A program made the position numbers and the translations under genes. Shown here piece after piece: positions 33,793-43,229 of a DNA stretch of 64,000 nucleotides. Within the stretch, counting starts at the first letter, position 1; the number at the start of each line of letters is the position of its first letter. The notes under the pieces are model-generated. The model ran no database searches and was not told the origin of the DNA. It saw nothing but the letters and a program-made list of their open reading frames with translations. This DNA is from Mantamonas sphyraenae STR306 (lineage: Eukaryota > Protista > CRuMs): contig JAPMXV010000069.1 in NCBI GenBank assembly GCA_026936335.1, positions 256,213-320,212 of the forward strand, given 5' to 3'.

Positions 33793-35512
33793 ATGTCCCG
33801 AGAAGGTGGGTTGATGCCATGGTGGGCGTTTGTGTGTCGTTTTGGCAATGGTGGCATGGTGGAGGATGTGCTGCATTTCCTTTGCCGGGAGGGCAGGACA
33901 CCCCCCACGCACCACAGCAGCCCAGCGCTGGCAACCCACCCCATGTCCACCTGTGCGATGCGTCGCCCAACGCATCCGGCAGTCTGCAAACAATGGAACG
34001 TCGGGGCTGGGCGGGGAGGGAAGGACCTTGGCGTGCACCGCGTCATACTCGTCTGCCGCAGCAGTAACGCGTCTAACAACCAGCACATCCTCACAGAATC
34101 TGAACCGGGTGAAGCAGGCGCAGAGACCTCGCTGGACTTTGCTGATTGGGTAGAACTGCTGCAGAGTGGCGATCATGAACGCGTTTGTAGTGCACTGGAG
34201 GCAGTTGGAGAGGTGGGTGTGGGACTGCAGCGCACGTCAAGAAGAGGATGCAACCATGGAGTGCGTGCTGACACGCGGAGCACAGGAGTTGAGTTTCGAT
34301 GGTGAGAAGCTGGGAGACACAGAGGCGGCGGCGCTGGCCACGGCTCTTTGTACAAACAGCGCCTTGCAGACACTGAACTTTGCCAACAACAGCATCGGGG
34401 CAGAAGGAGCGGCAGCGCTGGCACAAACACTTTGTGCAAACAGCACCCTGCGGACCCTGATGCTCTGGAACAACAGCATCGGGGCTGAAGGAGCGGCAGC
34501 GCTGGCACGCGCCCTGAGCGAGAACAGCAGCTTGCAGACACTGTACCTCTTTTACAACAACATCGAAGCAGACGGAGCATCACTGCTGGCCCAAGGACTG
34601 AGTGACAACAGCAGCTTGCAATCGCTGAGCGTCAGCTACAACAGCGTCGGGGACGAAGGAGCAGCAGCACTTGCGCAGACACTGAGTGAGAACAGCAGCT
34701 TGCAGATCCTGATGCTCTACGACAGTAACATCGGAGCAGAAGGAGCCACAGCACTGGCAAATGTACTGGGTGAGAACCGCAGCTTGCAGATCCTGGACCT
34801 TGGCCACAACAAGATCGGGGCAGAAGGAGCAGCCGCGCTCGCCAACAGACTCGAAAGCAACACCCACTTGCAGTCACTGTACCTCTATGACAACAACATC
34901 GGAGACGAAGGAGCAGCAGCGCTCGCCGACGGACTCGAAAGCAACAACCACTTGCAGTCACTGTTCCTCGATGAAAACAACGTCGGGGACGAAGGAGCAG
35001 CAGCGCTGACCATGGCAATGCAAGGCAATCGGTCGTGCTGGAAGATCACCGGCGTTCAAAGTGGCTCTTTGCAGTCCCTGGTGGAGAGAAACAAGAAGCA
35101 GCACGTGGAGTTTGTGGAGTGTGGGGACGTGGAGAAGATGAGAGAGTTGAGAGAGTGGGGTGTGCCTGTGGACACATTTGCAGGTGATGGAGGGAAGGAG
35201 ACTGCGCTGGAGCGAGCAGTGAAGGGTGGGGATGAGAGGGTGGTTGAGGTGTTGCGGGGGTGGGGCGCCAAGCCGAGGATGGAAACGGTGGAGATGGTGA
35301 GGAAGGCAGGGTGGAGAAAGGCGTGGCATTGGATTGGGTGGAGTGGACAAGTGGATGGGGCGATGGAGGTGGCGTTGGTGATGAATGCGGAGGAGAGGGA
35401 GGTGATGTTTGAGTGTGGAGGGATGGAGGCGTACGAACCGACTGCACGGTGGATGACACTGCCGGATGAGGTGATGGAGAGGGTGATTGGGTGGGTGGCA
35501 AGGGGAGGGTGA
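33793..35512 (+). CDS. LRR-ANK-F-box-like protein 7; exon ending 34212 (start uncertain) joined to 34286..35512
   Basis: FADWVELLQSGDHERVCSALEAVGE, then intron GTGGGT..CTGAC..CAG in frame with the LRR ORF. No ATG at the usual position. Confidence 0.8.
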
Positions 35513-35731
35513 GACGAGGAAGTGCGAGAAGATGGTGGAGAGGAGGAACAAAGAGTTTTTGAAGGTGGAGCGCAGGGGCAGGCAACCCATCTTGGAGCTG
35601 TTACATTCTTGCAGAATCCCAATGTAGGTAGAGTGGGGTGGACAGAGGACGTGCGGGATGGAGTGGTGGTGGAGAGGGTGGCGGCAGAATGCAAAGTTGG
35701 CGCGCACTCACAACGGGAAGAGCAGACAACA

Positions 35732-37536
35732 ATGAACTCATCAAAGAGGACAGAGTGGTGCAATTTGCTGAAGGCCGGGGATCATGAACGGATTTGCAGC
35801 GCATTGGAGGCAGAGGGAGAGGTAGGGTTGGGACTTGTAGAGGGGGGGAGTGGAGTGCAGGTGCGCTGACGCGTGGAGCACAGAAACTGTGTATGGATGG
35901 CATGCAGCTAGGAGGTGCTGAGGTAGTAGCACTGGCACAGGCCCTGCGTGAGAACCGCAGCTTGCAGAAACTGGACCTCACCGACAACGGCGTCGGGGAC
36001 GAGTCAGCAGCAGCGCTGGCGCAGGCCCTGAGCGAGAACAGCACTTTAAAGACACTGCTGCTCGAGGGGAACCGCATCGGAGCAGCAGGAGCAGCAGCAC
36101 TTGCGCAGGCCCTGAGTGGCAACAGTTGCATACAGAACCTGTACCTCAACGACAACGGCGTCGGGGACGAGGGAGCAGCAGCACTGGGGCACGCACTGAC
36201 TGGGAACAACACCTTGCAGACGCTGAGTTTCTTGGACAACCGCATCGGAAACGAAGGAGTAGCAGCACTGGCGCAAGGCCTAAGTGTGAACAACACCTTG
36301 CAGAGCCTGAACCTCGAAAACAACTTGATCGAGGCAAAAGGAGCAGCCGCACTGGCGCAGGGACTGAGTGAGAACCACAGCCTGCAGGCACTGAACCTTT
36401 GCAACAACAGCATCGGTCCAGAAGGAGCAGCGGTACTGGCACAGGGACTCTGTGCGAACCACACCTTGCAGACCCTGGATCTCTGGGACAACGGCGTCGG
36501 GGACGAAGGAGCAGCAACATTGGCACGGGCCCTGAGCGACAACAGCATCTTGCAGACACTGTACCTCGGCAGCAACCGCATCGGGAACGAAGGAGCGGCA
36601 GCACTGGCGCAGGCCCTGAGCGAAACCAGCAGCTTGCAGAGCCTGAACCTCGAAAACAACTTGATCGAGGCAAAAGGAGCGGCCGCACTGGCGCAGGGAC
36701 TGAGTGAGAACCACAGCCTGCAGGCACTGAACCTTTGCAACAACAGCATTGGTCCAGAAGGAGCAGCGGTACTGGCACAGGGACTCTGTGCCAACCACAC
36801 GTTGCACAGACTGAATCTCTGGGACAACAGCATCGGGGACAAAGGGGCTGCAGCACTGGCGCAGGCACTCAGTGACAACGGCTGCTTGCAGACACTGGAC
36901 CTCAGCTTCAACAGCATCGGAGCAGAAGGAGCGGCAACACTGGCGCAGGCCCTGAGTGTGAACAGCAGCTTGCAGAGTCTGGAACTCTACAACAACGCCA
37001 TTGGCGCTGAAGGAACAGCAGCACTGACAAAGGCAATGGAAGCCAATCGGTCGTGCTGGAGGATCCCTGGCGTTTTCAATGGCACTTTGCAGTTGCCGTT
37101 GGAGAGAAACAAGAAGCAGCACGTGGACTTTGTGGAGTGTGGTGACGTGGAGAGGATGAGAGAGTTGAGAGAGTGGGGTGTGCCTGTGGACACATTTGCA
37201 GGTGATGGAGGTGAGGAGACGGCGTTGGAGCGAGCAGTGAAGGGTGGGGATGAGAGGATTGGGATTGTGGAGGTGTTGCGGGAGTGGGGTGCCAAGCCGA
37301 GGATGGAAACGGAGGACATGGTGCGAAAGGCAGGGTGGAGAAAGGCGTGGCATTGGTTTGGGTGGGGTGGACAAGTGGATGAGACCATGGAGACGGCGTT
37401 GGTGATGAATGGGGAGGAGAGGGAGGTGATGTTTGAGTGTGGCGGGATGGAGGCGTATGAACCGACTGCACAGTGGATGACACTGCCAGATGAGGTGATG
37501 GAGAGGGTGATTGAGTGGGTGGGGAGGGGAGAGTGA
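35732..37536 (+). CDS. LRR-ANK-F-box-like protein 8; join(35732..35821,35884..37536)
   Basis: 30-aa first exon, intron GTAGGG..CTGAC..CAG. Internal duplication of the multi-repeat block SLNLENNLIEAKG...ALNLCNNSIGPEG (336-bp spacing). Confidence 0.88.
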
Positions 37537-38018
37537 GTGGGAGGGACGCCAAAATGAAAGGGTGTGTTCAAACCGGCGTTGCATTCCCAAAGACAACCGT
37601 GTGACGATGGCTACCCCTTCCCCTTCCCCTTCCCTTTCCCATCCTGCGTCGCCGTCGCCTCACCCACATCCTCCTTTTGGGCCGCTTGACCACCCCCTGA
37701 GTTCCGCGGGTGCCACGGCCAACCCTGTGGCCATCACCTTGCCTTTCCTTCTCCCACATGCCATAGTTGCAGAACCACGTCTGCGTGCACCCATCCTCAC
37801 CCAACGCCTCGTCTGCTCGCCACGGGTCACTTAGGGTGGAGCAGGTCGGCCATCCACTGCCTGGCCGTCTGACCGGTGCGTGGAATTTGGGGAAGTTGGC
37901 ATACACGCAGAGTGGGAGATTGCGGGCCCAAAGAACGGAAGATAAGGGCGTGGGGCGTGAATGGGAGCCGGAGATGACGGGACCACCTCGACAAGTAGGT
38001 GCATTGCTGATCAAACCC

Positions 38019-40301
38019 TCACTGACTTTCATTCTCAGTGGGCTCTTGCTGCCGCCCCGGAGAATCCTTGTCGTCTCGTTGTGGATTGCACACAGAGGAT
38101 GAAGTGGCTCGGTGCAATTTCTCTCGCCACTCCGGGTGGTCAGTGGATGGCGGCTGCGAAAGGAGAGCCAGCATTGCCTTTGCACGCCTGCATGCATCGT
38201 TTCCGATCAGCCGCACCGAGGCGATGTCACCCGTCTCATGTGTCGAGTTGGACAGGTCTTGCAGGATCTGGATCGTCTCTACGACCTCCATGTGCTTTTC
38301 TGTGATCTCCGAGGCCTGCTTTGCCTCCTTCACTTGCAAGATGTGTTGAAGGTGTCGCACATTGGCATACCGCGGTGATATTCTGTCGTGGATCTTTGCC
38401 GCCTGTGCAACAGCCTTTTCCGAAAGCTTTCCAGCCATGTCCTGGTCTCCTTGCTCCCGCAATACACCCGCGGCGTTGATGTATGCGTTCTCCAGGTCAA
38501 AAGCAAGCATGAGGTCGTGTGGGTACTCTCGAGTCAGATCTTCCTGCTGCTTCACTGCTTCCAAGGCGGCGTCGATGCACCCTTGGCGATCCCCCCGCAA
38601 CGCCATCACTTCGGCACGCAGTTCCTCCACTTCCACTAGCAGCCTGCGCTTGTTCTTCCCGTCAGACATCTCATGCACATTCTCTTCCAACTTGGTGAGC
38701 TTCTTGTGGCCCAGCTCCTCTTGCTTGCTCTCCACCACGGCCATCACTTCCTCGCTGAGCAGGAGATGCCGCACGAACGGATCTGGCCACCACAGCTGTC
38801 TTGCCAATTCCATCCCCCTCACAAGACACGTTTTCCTGAGGTCGGCATCTGTGAGGATGCTCAGCTTCTTCGAAGCCGTGAGGTACCCAAGGCTGGCCTC
38901 GTTCTTGAACCGATCCACGACGCCGCCTGCTTCCATGACATCCAACAGGTGGGCTAGGTGCATCCCAACTGCTGTTTTTGCAGAATCGGTCACCGCACGC
39001 TCCCAGGCCACGTGGTTCAGCGCCCGAATCAGCGACACCTGCGCGTGCTCATCACCCACAGGAACAATCTCCTCAATCAGCTCTGCATAGCTCTGCTCCA
39101 CCTTGTACATCCCTCCATTGGACTTGGATGGCACCAGCACAGAAACCCCTTCCAGAACACGCAATGCATCCACCGCCTCCTTGCCGGAACACCGACTCGA
39201 GCACCCCCTTTCCAGGACCTCTTCATCCACCAGCGCACGTGTGTCTTTGGACAGCATCCGCATCACACGGACCATGCATGCGGTGCAATCGTTCAGTGCC
39301 TCCAGCTTCTCCAGGCGTCGCATGCGCTTTGCTCGCCCACTGTGGTTCGGTGAGCCTCCCAGCAACAGCGACGCAGGCGCATCTACGTTGGGTCGATCCG
39401 GGAAACGCTCTTTAAACGTGTGAATATACTCCCGCACGAGATCAATGGCGTTGTGCACACTGCTGGCCACACTCATCCGTTCCTCTTCCGTCGCCTTCAG
39501 CCCTTCAGCGCAAAACATGGTCATGAGCTCCTCCTTGTTCATCTTGGGCGACAGCTGTACAACTGTGGGTGCAAACTCTTGTAGAAGCTTTGCTGCACCC
39601 GAGTCACGCGTGACGATCACCACAGCCCCTTTCTTCAGGCCCACACGCTCGACAACACGAGGCAGTCGGCTCCTGTCCTCGTGACGCACCCCGTCAAGCA
39701 CCATCACCCATCGCTGGTTCTCGTTACGTTCGTACAGCTGCTGCACACGTTGGACGACGTGTGAAAGGGTGGTGCCGACGCGCACGTCACCGGCCGTGGT
39801 CCCGAGACGCTGGTCCAGGTCCTGCAGGCACTCGTCCAGGCCGTCTCCCGTGCCAATGAGCCACTGTGTGTCGTCTAAACGACCTTCACACGGAGGCAAT
39901 GTTGAGTCTTCATCATACAGATAGTCCAGGACAGTCTCCATGCGTCGTCGAACGTGTTCAGAAACCTCGCTGTGTTTGGTTTGCTGCAAGTTTGCCAAGG
40001 CAGACGTCTTGCCGCTTTTTGTTGGCCCAGACACCACCACGAGCTGGCCAGGCTCCACGGATACAGCCTTCATTGCAGATCGCTCGATGGTGTTGACAGA
40101 GGTGGCGGAAAGCCGTGCGCTGCGATCGCGAGCGTCGTTCTCGGCTTCGAGTCGCTCGTTCCACCAAGTGCCAACAGCAGTGAGGCCAAGGATTCCCGCA
40201 GCAACCTGGACGACGTTCGAAGCGATAGTAGTGCGTGTTTCCCAGGATACGGGGGTGGGTGGTGTGGGTGGGGCCAGGCGATGCCGCGTGCGGGAGAACA
40301 T
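38019..40301 (-). CDS. STAND-class (NB-ARC-like) P-loop NTPase with N-terminal TM segment and C-terminal TPR-like helices (ORF extends to 40451; 3' end may be spliced)
   Basis: Walker A VVVSGPTKSGKT (~40006-40040), Walker B WVMVLDGV (~39690-39710), sensor-like AVVIVTRD. TM VAAGILGLTAVGTWW. TPR-like AYINAAGVLREQGDQDMAGKLSEKAV. Likely start MFSRTRHRL at 40301. Confidence 0.72.
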   Translation of the reverse strand: MFSRTRHRLAPPTPPTPVSWETRTTIASNVVQVAAGILGLTAVGTWWNERLEAENDARDRSARLSATSVNTIERSAMKAVSVEPGQLVVVSGPTKSGKTSALANLQQTKHSEVSEHVRRRMETVLDYLYDEDSTLPPCEGRLDDTQWLIGTGDGLDECLQDLDQRLGTTAGDVRVGTTLSHVVQRVQQLYERNENQRWVMVLDGVRHEDRSRLPRVVERVGLKKGAVVIVTRDSGAAKLLQEFAPTVVQLSPKMNKEELMTMFCAEGLKATEEERMSVASSVHNAIDLVREYIHTFKERFPDRPNVDAPASLLLGGSPNHSGRAKRMRRLEKLEALNDCTACMVRVMRMLSKDTRALVDEEVLERGCSSRCSGKEAVDALRVLEGVSVLVPSKSNGGMYKVEQSYAELIEEIVPVGDEHAQVSLIRALNHVAWERAVTDSAKTAVGMHLAHLLDVMEAGGVVDRFKNEASLGYLTASKKLSILTDADLRKTCLVRGMELARQLWWPDPFVRHLLLSEEVMAVVESKQEELGHKKLTKLEENVHEMSDGKNKRRLLVEVEELRAEVMALRGDRQGCIDAALEAVKQQEDLTREYPHDLMLAFDLENAYINAAGVLREQGDQDMAGKLSEKAVAQAAKIHDRISPRYANVRHLQHILQVKEAKQASEITEKHMEVVETIQILQDLSNSTHETGDIASVRLIGNDACRRAKAMLALLSQPPSTDHPEWREKLHRATSSSVCNPQRDDKDSPGRQQEPTENESQ

Positions 40302-41021
40302 GGTTTGGTGGCGGCCGGGCGGAGAGTGGATGAGAAGGATACGGTGATGTGTGATGGCTTGGTGATGTCTATTCATGCTTCTGTGACTCACGGTACGCAA
40401 AGAGGCAGACCGCGGCAAGCACGCCGACGATCCCCGGATTCCATTGACCATCAGCGCTGACGTCTCCTCCAGTGCGGCGCATGACTGCTGAAGCGCTGGT
40501 CACGGATGATGGGAAGGAGGGACGGTGGGGTATTGTGTGTGGACACGTCCATCCGCACACGTGGGTTGAAAGAGCAGCAAGATGAGCGACGAGGGAGCAA
40601 GGTGGAGAGGGAGCTAGGTGGAGATTCAACCGTTGCGCAAGGATCAGATTGCCGTCATTGGCATTGTATGGGACGCCTGAGGCGGCAGGAGGAGGGGCAA
40701 CCGTTGTTCCTTCCATGCTGGTGGCACTGATGGACAAAGGCAAAGTGATGTGTGGAACACTCTAGGGATTGGTAACAGGTCAAGATTGCACTGGGTGGAG
40801 TGAAAGAGGGCATGTATGGGCGGTGGAGGCAGGCTGTGTGCTCTTTGTCCTCCGTGCGGGGGTTGAACCAACGCATATTGCACACACACACAACTTCAGA
40901 ACTGGTATCGGGTAGGGAAATGCAGGCTCATTGGGGACTTTTGCACGTGTGTGGGTGGGATAGAGAGACACGCGGAGGAAAGGGAGGAATCAGCAGGGCG
41001 CTGACACAATATCGCAGGAAT

Positions 41022-42854
41022 ATGGGCTTACATGAAGATGAATGGGTGGAGTTGTTACAAAGCGGGGACCGTGGGCGGATTGTGGAAGCTTTGGAGGCTC
41101 AGGGAACGGTGAGTTGGCGGAAAGAATTCGGGAGGGATTGGGAGCGTGACGATTGATCGTCGCACAAGGGGAAGGGAAGGAGGGATGGGGGTAGGGTGGG
41201 AGTGATCGTGAGTACGCAAGGTGGAACGTATGTTGACGCGACACACACACAGGGATTGGAGCTTAACAATGTGGACCTGGGAGACAAAGAAGCGGTGGCA
41301 CTTGCGCGGGCGCTAGCTCAGAACAGCAGCTTGCAGACGCTGTACCTCGGCGACAACAGCATCGGAGACGAAGGAGCAGCAGCACTGGCGCAGGGACTGA
41401 GTGACAACAGCAGCTTGCAGACACTGAATCTCGGAAACAACAGCATCGGGGCAGAAGGCGCAGCAGCGCTGGCGCAGGCACTGAGTGAGAACAGCAACTT
41501 GCACACGCTGTACCTTGGTAGCAACAACTTTGGGGAGAAAGGCGCAGCAGCACTGCGGCAGGCACTGAGTGAGAACAGCAGCTTGCAGGAGCTGTACCTC
41601 GGAAGGAACAGCATCGGTGACCGGGGAGCAGCAGCGCTGGCGCAGGCCCTGAGTGAGAACAGCAACTTGCAGACGGTGTACCTTGGTAGCAACAAATTTG
41701 GGGACAAAGGCGCAGCAGCGCTGGCGCAGGCACTGAGTGAGAACAGCAGCGTGCACACACTAAGCCTCGGCTGGAACAGCATCGGGGCAGAAGGCGCAGC
41801 AGCACTGGCGCATGCACTGAATGGAAACTCCAGCTTGCAGACGCTGAAGCTCTGGGGCAATAGCATCGGGGCAGAAGGAGCAGCGGCGCTTGGGCAGGCA
41901 CTTTGTCAGAACGGCAGCTTGCAGACACTGGACCTCGACAGCAACAGCATCGGGGCAAAAGGCGCAGCAGCACTGGCGCAGGCATTGCGTGAGAACAGCA
42001 GCTTGCATTCCTTGTACTTCAGCCTCAACGACATCGGGGACGAAGGAGCAGCAGCACTAGGGCAGGCACTGAGTGAGAACAGCTGCTTGCAGACACTGTA
42101 CCTCGAGGGGAACGATATCGGGGCAAAAGGTGCTGCAGCACTGGCGCAGGCACTGAGCAAGAACAGCAGCTTGCAGACACTGAACCTCAGTACCAACACC
42201 ATTGGAGTACAGGGAGCAGAAGCTCTTGCTCAGGCGATGAATGGCAATCGGTCCTGCTGGAAAGTGTACGGCGTTCGCAATGACGCGTTGCAGTCCCTGT
42301 TGGAGAGAAACAAGAAGCACCACGTGGAGTTTGTGGAGTGTGGGGATGTGGAGAAGATGAGAGAGTTGAGGGAATGGGGTGTGCCTGTGGACACGTTTGC
42401 AGGGGAGAGGGGGAAGGAGACTGCGCTGGAGAGAGCGGTTGAGCGAGGAGAAGAGGTGATTGTGGAGGTGTTGCGGGGTTGGTGTGCGACTCCGAGGATG
42501 AGAACGGTGGAGATGGTGAGGGAGAAAGGGTGGAGGAAGGCGTGGCATTGGATTGGATGGGGTGGACAGGTGGATGAGGCGATGGAGGTGGCGTTGGTGA
42601 TGAATGAGGAGGAGAGGGAGACGATGTTTGAGCGAGGTGGGATGGAGGAGTATGTGGAGGAGGGAGGGTGGGGAGGGTGGGTGACACTGCCGGATGAGGT
42701 GATGGAGAGGGTGATTGGATGGGTGGGAAGGGGTGCTGCACCGGCAAGAGTCGCTGAGGGGAGGTCATGGGAGACGAGGAAGCGAGGGAGAGATGAGGTG
42801 GAAGTGGAGGAGGAAGCTGAGGTGGAGAAGAAGCAACATATCGAGGAGGATTGA
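41022..42854 (+). CDS. LRR-ANK-F-box-like protein 9; join(41022..41108,41253..42854)
   Basis: Exon MGLHEDEWVELLQSGDRGRIVEALEAQGT, intron GTGAGT..TTGAC..CAG in frame; conserved C-terminus with basic/acidic tail. Confidence 0.88.
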
Positions 42855-43229
42855 AGGATTGGGGGGATCAGCAGCACAAAAATGGAAGTCCTTTTGATGC
42901 GATAGGGGTCGGAGGCAGAGGAGGAGGAAGTGGGGTGAGTATACTTGGTGGATTCGAGTGAGGGGATGGACAGGTGGAAGAGGTGCGAAGTGCTGTGGTG
43001 GATCTGCAGCTGCAGCTGGACGAACTGAAGGCCAATCAGGAGGCGAGTGGTGAAGGGGGGATTTCCTGAGAATGAAGCAACCCATCCATTCATGGTTCCC
43101 ATGAACCAGGAGGATGTCAGGGGTGTGAGTGAGACGCATGTGATCCACCTGGACACGATGATCACCCAACGAGTGGACGGGGGGGGTGTCTGCCCAAGAA
43201 GATACTGGCTTCATTGGATGGCCACTCCT

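Noticed and set aside
20449-37536. Calling the LRR genes NLRC3/NOD orthologues
   Set aside because: The repeats are NLRC3/RNI-like, but none of these genes contains a NACHT domain.
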